Shown here in pieces: positions 49,756 to 64,000 of a stretch of 64,000 nucleotides of DNA. The stretch comes from Geosiphon pyriformis uo1. Its lineage: Eukaryota; Fungi; Glomeromycota. Each line of letters opens with the position of its first letter. Position 1 is the first letter of the stretch. The notes under the pieces were generated by a model that was given only the letters and a program-made list of their open reading frames with translations, was not told the origin of the DNA and made no database searches. The DNA lies in the NCBI GenBank assembly GCA_016748015.1, contig JAAOMT010000129.1, positions 806,001 through 870,000 on the forward strand, given 5' to 3'. Made by a program: the position numbers and the translations under genes.

Positions 49756-51356
49756 ATGGAGCAAGAAGTTGTTCAAGCTTTATTTGAGAAAGGAGCCTTC
49801 CTTATTTTTTTAAACGCACCCCAAGGCTTAGAGGTTGAATACTTAATCTTGGATTTTTATGGGAGGGCTATATACTAATGCTTGATACATTTTCTGAAGT
49901 TTGGTATAGACTATAACAGCTGGGAGATAGGACCGAAGTTCATGGGTGTGAAGATTATACCCCCAGGTCTACATTATGTATATTACAGGTATTTATTTTT
50001 GTATTATCCTCAATTAGGAAGAAGTTTTCCATTGATATACTCGTCCCGCTTCAGTGCAGCAGATACGTCTAGAACTTCAGGTTTAAGGACCGGGTTTTTT
50101 AAATTTTATGAATCAAAGGAGGTAGGTGCTTCAAAGCTGTCTTTGTGACAGTATTCTATATAATTTATCAAGATTTTGTTCACTTTCCTAGGTTGTTATT
50201 AAGGAATGGGATCCATTACAGGAAGACCTCAAAGATAGTTCACAAATTGATCAAGAATTAAATGAAAGACTGAAAGCCGGTAAATCCTTGAGCCCACTTG
50301 GATTTCTCTTTTTTTAGCTACCCAAGTTGATTCATGTAAGCTTTGAGCAGATATGCGTCGATTGGATCAATACTTGGGACTATATCCTCTTTCTCCGCCC
50401 ACCTCTTACCAGAAATGGGTTAAGCTTACCAATTATATAACCTCGGAATTAATTTCCAAGGTATTACCTATGGAAGGAAAAATCAGCAACATTTCATGTT
50501 CAACTTTAGATGAAGAAGAACTCTCCCAGAGCGATAGCCATCATTGCCAATTTCGGGATGAAAAAATTATGTTCACAAATTTCGATTTAAAGAGGAGTTG
50601 GAGGCCTGAGGCCGTTGGGCCAGAGATAACAAAATATAGTCAGGACAAAAGTTGGCTTCTATCTGAAATATTAGCCAAAAAATATAATAATAGTATGTTC
50701 ATTTTTACACATTTTGTCCATCGAGAAAATTGGAAATTTGCTCATCTAATTTTTCAATTAGATTATAAAGAATTACTCGGTGAATTGCAATTGGCTTTTG
50801 TTTGTCTTCTTTTGGCGCAAAATTATGCTGGTCTTTTGCAATGGAAGAATCTATCACAAATTTTATTTAGATCTCGAGATGCCTTAGAATCGTATGCTGA
50901 AACCCTTTTTCTGGAGTTTCTTGGTACGTTTTGTTGAAGCGATAAACTTTTTACCATTATAGACTGAAAGATTATTATTTCTTTGAAGATGTCTTGAGGC
51001 ATCAACTGGAAGTGTGTCCTGATGATTTCTTTTTGGATGTTGTTACAGAAAATAATTTCTTGGCAAAAATGCTCACGGTTAGTTTGATCGAAGAATTATA
51101 CTTGAGTTTTTTCACAACATTAATAAATTTGATGATTTCATGTCTCGGTCTTTTTTTCTAGATATTCCGACACAATATTTCAGAAGTTGCTGATTTGTCT
51201 TCAACATCATCGCTAAAAAGGTTACAAAGTAAATTCGATAAATTTCAGGAATTTCTTAAGCAAAAATTTAAATGGGACATTGTTGATCTTACAAGTGAAA
51301 GCGAAGCAGAGGAAGGAGAATATGCTCCTATACTCGTTGAACTATCAGAGCCATAG
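49756..51356 (+). CDS. AAR2: AAR2 (U5 snRNP assembly factor), multi-exon
   Basis: [23 protein letters not shown]; LGLYP; [10 protein letters not shown]; LLGELQLAF; C-terminal [10 protein letters not shown]. Confidence 0.9.
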
Positions 51357-51810
51357 AATAATAAATGGATGCGAAAATTCCCATACATTATCGTTTCAAT
51401 ACTTAAATAATATAAATTTAAGCAAACATGATTAATGTTGATTAATCATTAAACGTGGACCACGCATTTTCGACATATGACTAGCCACTTGTACCTCCAA
51501 CCAAACCCAAAAACGTTGAACATAATTTTTTATAATTAATTTAATAAATATAAATAAAATAAAATATATTAATGTTTTAAATTGCAATTTATATAATAAT
51601 TATTTGTTATATTATAAAATCATATTTTTTAGTTTAATCAATTATAATATTATTTTTAATAATACCTAAATTTTATTTTTTTCAAAATGACTAATCTGTT
51701 TTTTTTAATTGGTTTAGTTCTCATTCTCTTCATTTATTATATTTACCACGGAGGGTAATTAAGACTTTTGTTATAGCATTATTGCACTCACTTTCACCTC
51801 CTGAAAACCC

Positions 51811-53015
51811 ATGTATTCAAATTCAATCAAAATCTTCTCTGGTAACTCTCACGTTGAACTTGCAAAGCTTGTGGCACGGTAGATATCTCATAATTATTTG
51901 TCCAAAGCCATAAATCTTATAACTGGCTCCGTGCAACCCAAATACACAAAAATAGATCTTATTTATCTTCTTTCACCCAGCCGAATAGGCATAGAGCTTG
52001 GCAAGGTAGTTGTGCTAAAATACAGCAATCAAGAAACTTGCGTCACAATTGGCGAGTCTGTTCGAGACGAAGATGTATTCATAATTCAGTCTGGATGTGG
52101 TGAAATCAACGACAATTTAATGGAACTACTTATTATGATCAATGCCTGCAAAACTGCCTCAGCACGACGCATTACAGCCGTTATACCTTGTTTTCCATAC
52201 GCTAGGCAGGACAAAAAAGACAAGTCAAGGGCACCGATAACTGCAAAATTAGTTGCCAATATGTTAATTGTCGCTGGAGCGAACCATGTTATTACGATGG
52301 ATTTGCATGCCAGTCAAATTCAAGGATTCTTTAACGTGCCTGTAGATAATTTATATTCAGAACCTTCAATGTTGAAATATATCAAAACAGAGATCCCTGA
52401 TTGGAAAAATTCTATAATTGTATCTCCTGATGCTGGAGGAGCCAAAAGGTGAATTCAGATTCATTCATATATGTGGATCATTTTATGGGATTTCGATTAC
52501 AGAACTCATTCTTCATTCTAGAGCCACAGCAATTGCTGATCGTCTCAATTTAGATTTTGCGTTAATTCACAAAGAGCGCAAAAAAGCAAACGAAGTTTCA
52601 CGCATGGTGTTGGTAGGTGATGTTCGTGGGAAAGTTGCAATATTGGTAGATGATATGGCAGATACTTGCGGGACATTAGCCTTGGCAGCTTCGACCCTCA
52701 AAGAAAATGGGGCTCTTAAAGTATATGCTATTGTGGCCCATGGAATACTCTCGGGGAAGGCAATTGATGTCATTAATGAATCTAGTTTAGAAAGGGTAGT
52801 CGTTACAAATACTATTCCACACGAAGACAAAAAATCTATCTGTCCTAAACTACAAACTATTGATATTTCAGGAACTCTGGCTGAAGGTAATTGAATTTGA
52901 CCATTTAAGTTTTTTAGTTGACTTGGTTTAACTCGATGTATTCTTGTTTACAGCAATCCGTCGGACTCATAATGGAGAATCGGTCTCATTTCTATTTTCG
53001 CACGCCCCAGAATGA
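51811..53015 (+). CDS. PRS: Ribose-phosphate pyrophosphokinase (PRPP synthetase), 4 exons
   Basis: [66 protein letters not shown]. Confidence 0.97.
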
Positions 53016-53229
53016 AATAAGCATTATTTGGAAAATTAATGATACTCACCTGGATCTGATCCTTTGGAATATTTTAGATTTCACTTCTTTCAATCAAAGA
53101 ACAAAACACCAATCCATCTGCATAAAAAATTAAACCTTTTTTTCAATATCTGTATCTTTTTGTTGAATTAAATAAACCTCGAAAAATACAATACTCCAGA
53201 CTTTGTAATAAAGTTAACAATATAGATTG

Positions 53230-54620
53230 GTTTTAAACATGTTATTTTTAAATTCATTTTTTACAAATAAATAATATTATAAATATTAAGTTTTATTATA
53301 AAAACTATTATTAAAATAATATGTTTTATTGAATGTTTTTTACAATCTATTTTATAATATATGTACATATTTTATATAATATATAATCTGTATATTTTAC
53401 ACATGATGAATCACTTAAATTGGTTAAAATTACATTATGTTATATTAGACAATTTTAAATTTTAAACCAAAATTATAAGATTATTATGTAAAAAAAACTT
53501 ATAATTAATTATATAAACAAAAATATCAATTTAAAAAAATAATTATAATAACAATTAATTAATTTCAAAAAAAAATTAACAGTTTTAGTGCTTTATTTTA
53601 TTAAAATTAATAAATTTATTAAAAACAATATTTAATATTTATTCATAAAGAAAATAACCAATTTTTTATTTTAAATTTTATTAATAATTTTTTATATTAA
53701 ATTTTTATTATTAATTAATATACAAAACTTAATTATTATTTAATATTATATAATAAACTAAATTAAACATAATTTATATATAACCAAATATAAGTTTAGT
53801 TTAAACTAAATTATATTGAATTTAATAAAAAACCTATTTTAAAAAACATTTATATATATAAGTGATTAATATATTATTATTATTATTATTATTAATTATA
53901 TTACTTGTTTATTTAATATTATTATTAATATTTAACTTAATATTAAATATTTAAAGCTTTTAAAAAACTATTATTTGTTTAAATATCTTTTAATTAATAA
54001 TATTATTATTTAAAATATTTATATTATTATCTTAAAATCTATATTTTATTTTAAAACAAATAACTTTTTTAAAACCAACAATCTTTTTTTTTATTATAAT
54101 ACAATTTTTTTTAAATTTAACATATAAAACAAAAAATTTTAACTAATTTAACAATTAAAAAAACTAGAATATTAATAAGTTTAACAATAAATTTAATTAA
54201 AAAAGTTAATTTAATTGGCTTAAATTCCAAAAAAGTTAATTAAAGAATTAACAATAATAGCAATAGCAAAAAAAACAATAAAAAAACAATAAAAAAAAAT
54301 ACCAAAAAAATAACAGTTTTTATATAAAGCTTAATATTAATAAAATAAATTTTAAAAATTCTAAAACCAATTACAAATATAATAAAAACCTAAAAAAAAA
54401 TATATATATATTATAATTAAAAACCAAATAATTAAGATTTTAATACTTGAAATATTATTAATATTTATGAATTTCTTATTAAATATGATATTTTTTCAAT
54501 ATAATAATTTTAATAATTACAATATTTAAGTTTTTTTAAGAATTAAAAATAATTATATATCTTAATTATTAAACAAAATTAAAAAAATAAAACAAGTATA
54601 ATTATAAATTTAAAAAAAAA
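53230..54620. other. AT-rich desert
   Basis: Near-absence of C/G; (TAT)n patches. Confidence 0.8.
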
Positions 54621-56948
54621 CTTCTTTTTCTCTTACCTCCAAAAATCCTCAAAAAGCGTATTTTCTGTAAAAAGAAGTTTTTTTGTTTTTTAGTCTATAT
54701 TAATATTTTTTTACCTAATAATAACCCATTTTTCGTAGATATGGAAATTACTGCTAGTAGCATCACATCTAAAAAGAAGACTTCTAAGAGCACTTTTCAT
54801 GATTCTGCTGGTGGCTCCTTTTCTTAGAAAAAGAAAATTGTTCTTGGCAATATTAAACACTTTGGTGATGAAAGAGATATATCCTTAAGCAAATTTGGAT
54901 CCAGTAATAGTGTTTATTCTGATGTGAAGAGTTTATCTGGTGAGGATAAGGATGTTAGCATGTCTGGAGCAAATAGTGGATCTCTTTTGGGCTCAGCTGC
55001 TACTACATCCAAGGCAAAGTGAGTTAACACTGGTGCTGGTTTTGGTTCTCTGCTCAGCTCTTCTAACTTTCATATGAATAATGATAAAGTTGTGCTTTCT
55101 TCTCGCTTGCTTATCTCTTTTGAAAAGAAGTAGATTGACTCAAAGATTATTAAGACTCCTGTGGAAGTGTCAGTTAAAAAGTCATTTGTTTTGGATATTA
55201 ATCTCTCAGCTGTGGAAAGAAAATTGGTAATGGCAAAAACTCAGTTAATTAGAAAAAATTTTTCATCAGTCAATGGTTTTGGGGGGGGCCCTCAAAATTT
55301 AAGAAGATTATTCAATCTACATTTACTTCTGAAAAGAGCATGATAAAGACTGTATCATTGGCCAAAGAAATAGGGATCGTCATAAACAGCGATCTTAAGA
55401 AACAAGAAATGAGGTCAGATCGAACTGTGATAATCAAAGAAATTCCCATGAATACACCTAAGAATATGATCATCACTGCAGTATCTGAATTTGGGGAAAT
55501 TAAGTCGATCAAAATTCAATTAATTGGAATGTGGCAAAAGACTGTGGTAGAGTTTGCTGAAATAAACCAAGCTGATTTGTTGGCCTCAAAGTGATCATTC
55601 CTGATTGGTAAAAATTCTGTGCATGTAGCCAAAGCAGTAAAAAATTATGAAACTTAGACATCTAAGGATTGGTTAAGAGCATTTTTGTTTACTCTATCTG
55701 TGGGAACAACTGCTTATGATTTGGGCAATCTTTTAGAAAAGGCTGATAAGAAAACATGCATCATAAATAGGTCCATAAAAACTGGTAATAGAATTCATTG
55801 TGTGGTAGTCAGTTTTGTCTTTGATGATGATCTAGAATTTGTCTTTTACATAAAACCTATTTTCAATAGAATGAAACTCTCTTGGGCTAGAATAGATTTG
55901 GTTTGTTGTGAAAAGTGTGGGCATTTTGGACATTTGGCTCTTAAATGTGTTATACCAGATGTAATTATGCTGCCATCATCTAAGGGATCATACAAAAAGA
56001 GTGCTTTAGAGGAAGTTTGTTTTCAGCTTGTTAAATTGTATGAAAAAAAATGTGTTTCAATATCTTGCTCTGCTGCTTTTGGTGGCAAATTTTGGGCCCA
56101 AATAGTCTCACTCTCTAAGTCTTCTAGTAGTATTCACTCTGGATCTGGTCTTAATTTCTCTTTTCATGGACTCTTAGGTCTTGGTAGTATTTCTTCTCCT
56201 ACATTTACAGTCTTCTTTGGCTTAAGTGATTATTTGGTGGTCTTAGAAAGGTCTCTGGAACTTTTGGCAGATCAGATGTCTGAAATTATGAAGAAGCTAA
56301 GTTTTGTGGAATTGGTGCCTCTGGTATCCAAGTCATCTGTCTTACATCTAGTCATTCTGGCACTTTTGAACTCTGTTGTAGATTCAGATATGGCCATAGA
56401 TGATACGCTGGCATCTCTCATCCTTCCTCCTGTAATTGTTGCAGACACAATTAATGATCTTAGCTTAAGTAGTTCTAAGGTTTTAACCTCCAAGGTGGGT
56501 GGATTGGAATCTAAATTGGTGGCTTTGAAAGTGTCAGTTGAGTTAGTTTTGGAAAAGTTGGATTGTTTGTGTTCTGATTTGGGTTCACCAGCTCCTATTG
56601 TCTCTCAATGAGTGAGTTAGTTTGAAAATTTAGTACATATAATGTCTGGGGTATTAATATTCCTGCCAAGCAAGTGGATGTTGTAGGTTGGTATGTGAAT
56701 TTTGGTAATTTGGTGTCTTTTGTCACAGAAACTAAATTGAGGTCCAGTATTAAGTCATGGATTGCTAATAAGTTTGAAGATGTGCATATTTTCACGTCAG
56801 GTTTGGAGGAAAGTTTTCTTGGTGCTGGAGTGGCTGTTATTATGAACAATTCTCTGGCTCAACATATGTCTAAGATTGAGGAGGTGTCTGGTCAGGTTGT
56901 TTTGGTACAGCTTTTGTTCAAAGGCAAGCTCTCTGTGACTGTACTTGG
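54621..56948 (+). mobile_element. LINE copy 3 (divergent subfamily); 5' part only, interrupted in the APE domain by Gypsy B'
   Basis: ORF1 54741-56611 (CEKCGHFGHLALKC, KVGGLESK); ORF2 from ATG 56608 to the insertion point; 5' boundary approximate. Confidence 0.88.
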
Positions 56949-57959
56949 TGTTACCAGTAGAATTTTAACTATTAATTAGCATGAAATTACCCTTATAATT
57001 CCTATAATTAATTAGTATATTAATATTATTTCAAATTATCATTTATTATTTAATCAATTATCACATATCATGATTCAATTAAATAATCCAATTAGTATAA
57101 CAAAAAGTAAGATGATCAAATTACACAATACTCTGAACTTTGTAACATTCAAAAATTCACTGAAATTTACAGAAATTCGCCAAAATTTATAAGAAATTCG
57201 CCGAAATTTATAGAAATTTGCCAAAATTATAAATAGTTCACCCAAATTAATCAATAGTTCAGTGAAATAACTTGTAGTCCATCAAAATGTATTTTTAGTT
57301 TGCTGAAATTTAAGCAAAGAAAAAAAGTGCAAGTTCATAGACTAGTACTACAACAAGTTGTATAAAAGAAGAGCTTTTCTCTTCAAGAAAATGTATTTTA
57401 CTTTAGATTTATCACTTAGAATCATTCCTACATACACAAAAAGAAATAAATATCAAATAATTTGAAAAACCAAATTCTTTAATTATTGCACTTGGAAAAT
57501 CCTCAAAACCCAACTAACATTTTAAAATTGATTAGCTACCAATTTCAGTAAACTGTTAGTGACTCCAGACCTGAATAGAAAACGTTTCTCTTAATAAAAT
57601 CTTATTTCTTTTACATTTCTTTTATTTTTCATTTTTTTTCTTATTACAATTATTAGGGTAGCCTACAGATGAAATTCCTGTAGAAAAGTTGACTTTCACA
57701 ACAAAGTAACTACACATTTTTAATGAGCTTTTAGATAAGCAATTCCTAAAAAAAAGTTGATGTTTTCTACAATGTAACTACATAAAGTAACTGGCAAGGA
57801 ATTGGCCATTCCACTTATAAGTCCAGTAATTCAAATTATAGGAGATAATTTGAAGATAAATTCAGTTATTAGAGGTTCAACTACTTCTAGAAAACATGAA
57901 TTTGCAACCAACAGACATTTACAACATTCAAGAAAAGAGACCAAAAATCTCCAATAACA
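56949..57959 (+). repeat. Family B 5' LTR (B')
   Basis: TGTTACCAG...AATAACA; repeat array ~57155-57310; TATAAA at 57361. Confidence 0.93.
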
Positions 57960-59172
57960 TTTGGTGCTCTCCCACAGAAATAATACAGCAAACAACAAAC
58001 TTCAAAGTGGTGACCACACCAGACACAACAACTCTAGAATATTATCAGTCAATTTACACTCATTGCAAGCAGAGATTCAACATCCCAAACAGAATTGAAA
58101 TTGTTGAAAAAACACTCTACCAATACATTGAAAATTGTATCAATAATTATTTTCTTGGAAATTACAACATTTTAGAAGTAAAAAGCAACCTCTACAATAA
58201 TCTAGTATACTATTCACAATTGGAAACTGAAGATCTTAACAGTGAAACACTTGCTACCTACTTTCAAGAACTCAATTACAACATTATCAAATATTGTGAA
58301 GAAAATACTCAGTACAGTCTAAATACTCTTTTGACTTTGAATCAGAAACAGAAACAGGCAACAAAGGCAAACAAAAAGTGAAACAACACTCAAAAACCAC
58401 TCCAAACACTCCAATACTACCAAAAACAACTGCCAAATACTTGCAAACACCTGAACAAAGAACCAGTGTCAAATTACCACTTTCTATCACACTATTTCCA
58501 ATTTCACTTGCTCGACTACAAACACCAAATTCACCACTTAACCATTTCTCCAGACCAGAAGATTTTCAGTCACCTAAAAATCCTACTCAACAGCAGGAAT
58601 CTATATCAACAAGCACCAATATTATTAAATACTTGCAGAAAAATAAAAGGGATCATTCAGAAAATTTGGAAAGTGAAAAAACTAAATCAGAACAAGGAGA
58701 AACCACAGAAAATAAAGAGAAAATGGCAACTGCTTATATTGCAAAGATTTCAGAATTCACAGTTGAAAATAATGATACCAGTCCTTAAGAATGGCTTGAC
58801 AAAGTTCAAAAAGCAGGAGATGTAAATGGTTGGAATGCAGCAAGAATGCTCAAAGCAATTCCATACTTTCTCCAAGGAACTGCAGAAGAATAGTTTAAAA
58901 ACTTAGAAGAATCATTTGAATACTGGCAAGCATTCAAAGATGCTTTTCTACAACAATTCACTGACAACAACACTTCTATCACTTTTAGAAACCACTTTCA
59001 CAATATCAAGCAAGAAACATCTGAAACTGTTATGACCTATCTTGAAAGATTTAACAAACTTCTCAGACAAATCTGACAATTGGAAACCAATGACTACTAT
59101 TCTAATGCTCAAATTCTGGATCAGTTTATAGCAGAGTTAAAAGACAAACTGATTAAAAAAGTCCGTTCACAT

Positions 59173-60009
59173 TGTTACTCATAGAAATATAGGAAATATA
59201 TTAGCATAATTATTAGCCAATCAGAAGTAAGCATAGTAAATGTGAAATTCTAGGATTTCTCTTAGGAATTGCAGAATTCCAGGAATTTCAGGATTCCCAA
59301 TGAGGAATTCCAGGATTTCTGTCATGAAGAATTGAGAAATTGAGGAATCCCAATTATGTATATATAGCAGTAGTGTTAGAAATAGAAAAGACAGAATTGA
59401 TACCACAGAATACTTAGCCAAAAAACCAATTATCAAATAAATAATTATTCCATATCTCAATTCACTATTCACTATCAATACTTCATGTTGATAGTAATTG
59501 CTACTTAACTATGCTGGAACAATAGCTCTTGATCACGGCTATTGATGAGATACTAATGGACCAAATTGTCTTGGCTTATTTTTTTTATTTTTTTTATTTT
59601 TATTTTCTTTATTTTATTTCCTTTCTTTCTTTGATTTTTGTTGTTGTATACTAATTGATTAAAAGATTAAGCACTGAGTTATTGATGTCAAAGATAGTCT
59701 GGTAAAAGACCCAGAAATAAGGGTAAGACTTTATATATATTATCGGATAGCTTATCAGAAGGGCACAACTGCCAGACTAAATCCGGCTACCACGCTGAAA
59801 AAGAAATTGGGAAAACCACTTGAGGATACAACCACTATCAACCTTATTGAATTTCTGTCCATTATACAAAAAACTCCACAACAAAACCTTCAGATCAACC
59901 AAAACCTTCAGATATCATACCTTCTGCACATCATCCACGAAATTAGCTTTTGAGCACCAAGTTATGGATTTGTTATTCAATTCCACAACAGAAATAATCA
60001 CCTGTAACA
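59173..60009 (+). repeat. Solo LTR of a family-A relative inserted in B' gag
   Basis: TGTTACTCATAG...CCTGTAACA; TSD ACAT on both sides; gag reads KKVRSH|APADLAT across it. Confidence 0.92.
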
Positions 60010-62214
60010 ACATGCTCCAGCAGACTTAGCAACTACTATTAGACATGCAAAGAGCTATGAAATAGCAATAAAAGAAGCAAATCACACCAAGCTTGTAAAC
60101 CTTGCAATTGGAGAAACCAGCTCAGCAGCTAAAAAAAAAATAGACCAACTCACAAAAAAAGTTGAAAGCTACTTCACAAACCAACAACAACAGTAACAAC
60201 AACTGCAAAGATATCAACCCCCACAATGATGCAACCAAAACAATTATGGATCACCATCCAACAACCAACCTCAAAATTGTCATTACTGTGAAATTCCAGA
60301 ACACTGGAAATGAGATTGTAGGAAATTACAAAGAAACCAACAAAACAGGAGTAATCAATATTACTCTTTACCACAACAATTTTATTACCAACCCTTACTA
60401 CCAACTTATTATTCACCGAGACCACAAATTCAAAACAGCTATTATCAACCAGCTCCACAACCAATTCAACAACAATATCAACAACTTTTACCAATTCAGC
60501 AATATCAAACACCACCCACTCAACAATATCAAGTACCAGCAAGAAAATTGGTTTAACATAACCAATTCACACCCCAAAATCAATTTCAAAATAACAACAA
60601 CAGAATTAATTCAAATAACCAGTTGGTTCCTCGAAATTCTGGTCAGCAAAGACCCAATCACTATCACACTCAACCCAGTTATCTTACAATACCAGAGGAA
60701 TCGGATTTTCAACAATCTGCACTTTCTGAAGGTGAAGTTGCAACACTCAGATCAAACCCTTCCAACAACACTATTCCATCAGCTCAAATTGCCCAAAATG
60801 CCAACCTTTCAGATATATTTCCATTTGAATTTGAAGTAAATAAATCACCATTTTTGCTTAATAATGCAGCAGCTAATGAACAAAAAGCTATCACTGTTAT
60901 GTACACTAAAGCTACAGTAGAAGAAAAACCCATCTAATTAATTCTAGACAGTGGATTGGCTGGAAGTATCATCACTTACCAACTGATGCAACAACTCAAA
61001 CAAAACGTAGACAGACCAGCTCAAACAGTTATTGTCACAGCTAATGGTATAAAGAAGACACCAGTAAGAGAAATTGACAATTTTTCATTCACTATTGATG
61101 GAATCACCATTCCAGTCAAAGTTCTAGTCATAGATGCACCTCAATACCAAGCTTTAGTTGGAAATAATTGGCTTCTTAAGGCCAATGCAAACTTGGACTG
61201 GGAAACTCAGGAATTAAAAATCTCATACCAAGAACAATACACTATAGTACCTGCTACTTGTAATACTTTTAACAAACAATCAGAAAAAGCCCCAGTATTT
61301 GAATTTGAAGAGGAGAAAGAAATGCCACTTACTGAAACCTACATGGCTCTTGGATCAACATCCAATTGGGCTGAAGAAACAGAACAGAAGATTTTTGAAA
61401 AATCAAGAGAATGGAAGAAAGTTAGATATTCTACACCAGAACCACAGAAACAACCACTCTATATTCTACTTAAATACAAAGATTGCAACAAGAAACTTTC
61501 ATCAATGAAAGCATGTATTTCTCCAGAAAAAGAATATGAAACTTGTACCTGTTATTTTTGTAAAGCATGCCATAGAGAATGATTTGGATCTCCAAAAAGA
61601 AGTGGAAAATGGGACAATACACTTTGCCTTACATGTGAAGATATGCTACCAGAAAAATGCAACTGGATTGATGTTGCAATGAGAGGAGGAGTATGTAATC
61701 AAACCTGTCAATATGCTCTATCAATTTCGGAAAAAGTCAGAAGAGGAACACCATTTGACATCACATACAACAGTGCTCTCAATAAACTTTATCACTACCC
61801 TCATAATGCTGAAATGATTTTTGACTTAGCAATGGCATTGATCAATGGAGCCACACAAGAAAATGTCTGCCAAATAAAAGAAGCTGAATACATTGAATAT
61901 ACTATGGAATTAACTGGATTTGATTATGAAGATGAAATAGAAACCTACTACCAAATTGTGAGCCACACATACTCGACCCAAGAAGCTTAAATTCAAGGAT
62001 TAGAGCAAATGAACATTCAATTGTATAAAGAATGCATCATGCTTTGTGATGAAAAATGGTGTCCAGAATGCTATGCTCTTAGCATTCCCCTGCCTAGTAA
62101 AAATGACCAAGAAGAAATTGAATTTGGGAAACCAGAAACAAAAAAAGAAATTGCAATGACACCAATCTATCTTACTGAAAACCAGCCTGCTATACAACTT
62201 AAATACTTTAACAA

Positions 62215-62625
62215 CAATGGAAAAGGAATAAAACCAGAAAAAGCCCACGAAATTGATGCAGGATATGACCTAAGATATTCTGACAAAGACACTTTAATTT
62301 TCCAACCAAAATCTTTAACAAAAATCAATCTCAAAATTGCTCTTGAAATTCCACCTGGAGCAATGGTTCAAATTGCATCCAGATCATTATTGGCAAGCAA
62401 AGGAATCAATGTTAGAGGAGGAATTATAGATGCAAGATATACTAGAGACATTACTATCATGTTGCAGAATAAAACAGACAAACCATTCAAGATTGAACAT
62501 GCTGAAAAAATTGCCCAAGCAATTTACCTACCCCTAATCCACATTTTGGGTTTACAATCAGTTAATAACAGAGAACAATTAGGGAAAAGTAAAAGAGGAA
62601 TGCAAGATTTTGGTTCAACTGGACG
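62215..62625 (+). CDS. dUTPase domain in B' (open frame, partly mutated motifs)
   Basis: DAGYDL, ASRS, GGIIDARYTRDI, EKIAQ, RGMQDFGSTG. Confidence 0.92.
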
Positions 62626-64000
62626 ATTTACAATACCAGTAAACATAGCTCTTAATATACAAAATGAATCTCACCAGATTCTTCAACTTCTACAACCAAT
62701 TACCATTTCACCTTTTGGAGAACATCACAAAATTTACACTTGCTCAAAACCCACTACTATCCAACAAATTTTTGAATCCAATAAACAAATTTGTTTAAAG
62801 CATGAAATATCAATTCCAAACGTTTATATTCCCAAAAGAATGAAAAAATTTTGAGTTATATTCTACAACCCCAATAATTACCCTATTGTCTTATTAAACA
62901 AATTAGAAATTGGAATCATACACAGCAATATCTTTCAAGATGAAAACTCTCAAATTGTTTCTAATTTTATCGAAATTGTAAAGCACACTCTACTCCCAAA
63001 TCCAAATATCATTTCCACCACTGAAAACTACCATCTTTTGGAAAAAAACTCTTTCGTATTAACATGGATTTCTTAGAACCTCAACAACAAAGACAATTAA
63101 AACAATTGATAGCTGAATTTGCAGATATATTTGCAAAAGACAACAATGACTTGGGAAAAATGGATATTGTTCAACATTAGATCCATATAGGAGATGCTCC
63201 ACCAAAACATCAACAAGCTTACAGAGTGCCACCTGTCAGTCATCAATTCATCAGAGAAGAAGTTCAGAGAATGCTTAATAACAGATTGATTTAACCATCA
63301 AGAAGTCTTTGGGCCTCACCAGTAGTCTTTGTCAAAAAGAAAAATGGAAAAATCAGATTTTGTGTTGACTATTGCCAATTGAACAGTGTGACAATTGGAG
63401 ATGCCTACCCTCTTCCAAGAATTGATGACATGTTAAATGTTTTAGAAAAAGCCAAGTTCTTCTCAACTTTGGACTTGGAAAGTGGATACTGGCAAGTTGA
63501 AATGGACCCAAAAGACCGACCCAAAACAGTATTTACTACTCAAGGAGGAAACTATGAGTTCAATGTTATGTCTTTTGGACTTTGCAATGCACCAGCAACA
63601 TTTCAGTGACTCATGAATGTTGTATATGAAAAGCTTTTGTGGCAATCAGTAGTTGTCTATCTTGATGACACTAATGTATACTCACCAAGCTTTGAAGCCT
63701 ATCTTATTCACCTGCAAGAAGTTTTTCAATAATTATAGAAAGCAGAATTAAAGTTAAACATTGAAAAATGTTACTTTGGAAAAACAAGCTTGATCTTTCT
63801 TGAACACATAGTTAGTAAAAATGGAGTCAAACCAAATCCAGGAACAATCAGTGCTGTCAAAAACTTTCAGACTTCCAAAAATACTACAGAGCTATGAAGA
63901 TTTGTAGGATTAGCCTCCTACTATCAGAAATTCATTAAAGAATTCTCAGAAATTGCCAAACCATTCAATTATCTTACCAATAAAAATGTGCCATACAAAT

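Larger units (their letters stand above)
56949..64000 (+). mobile_element. Ty3/Gypsy family B, second copy (B'), running off the window
   Basis: 5' LTR 56949-57959; PBS TGGTGCTCTC at 57962; gag, PR (LDSG), Cys-rich region, dUTPase, RT with YLDD near 63660. Confidence 0.95.

Noticed and set aside
51525-51720. Small AT island between AAR2 and PRS as a MITE
   Set aside because: Only weak inverted similarity of the kind expected in AT-rich DNA; no TSD
57155-57310. CRISPR-like array
   Set aside because: Degenerate ~20-bp tandem units without unique spacers, inside an LTR of a eukaryotic genome
57896-57990. Gag initiating inside the 5' LTR and reading through the PBS
   Set aside because: Element B has GTG here and a 2-nt length difference downstream, so the frame is not conserved

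Overview
Eukaryotic, intron-rich fungal DNA. Gene content, short introns and transposon types point to Glomeromycotina; a Geosiphon-like source is my recollection-level inference only. The window has three compartments. (1) Decayed retroelements. There are three LINEs of one group: 497-7352 and 28819-35704 are full length (ORF1 RRM-like+CCHC; ORF2 APE-RT-RNase H-CCHC), and a third from ~54620 is interrupted at 56948. There are also two Ty3/Gypsy families. Family A spans 9174-28805 (minus strand, TSD ATGT). A family-B element is nested exactly in its RT YLDD motif (12967-22424, TSD CCAA). A second B copy (56949 to window end) sits inside the third LINE and itself carries an A-family solo LTR (59173-60009, TSD ACAT). 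(2) A CpG-rich island of 7 host genes at 38.0-53.0 kb: MED22, IRC3-like helicase, SSXT/SS18-domain protein, CaMK, cytosolic HSP70, AAR2 and PRPP synthetase. (3) Extremely AT-rich deserts. The main candidate novelty is the Gypsy architecture: N-terminal extension-Gag-PR-multi-Cys zinc module-dUTPase-RT-RH, an integrase that may be separately initiated, and a conserved non-Env accessory ORF3 at the PPT/3' LTR. The LTRs carry family-specific U3 repeat arrays, and each family shows a repeated 4-bp target sequence. All TE copies are pseudogenised, mostly by C>T/G>A transitions.
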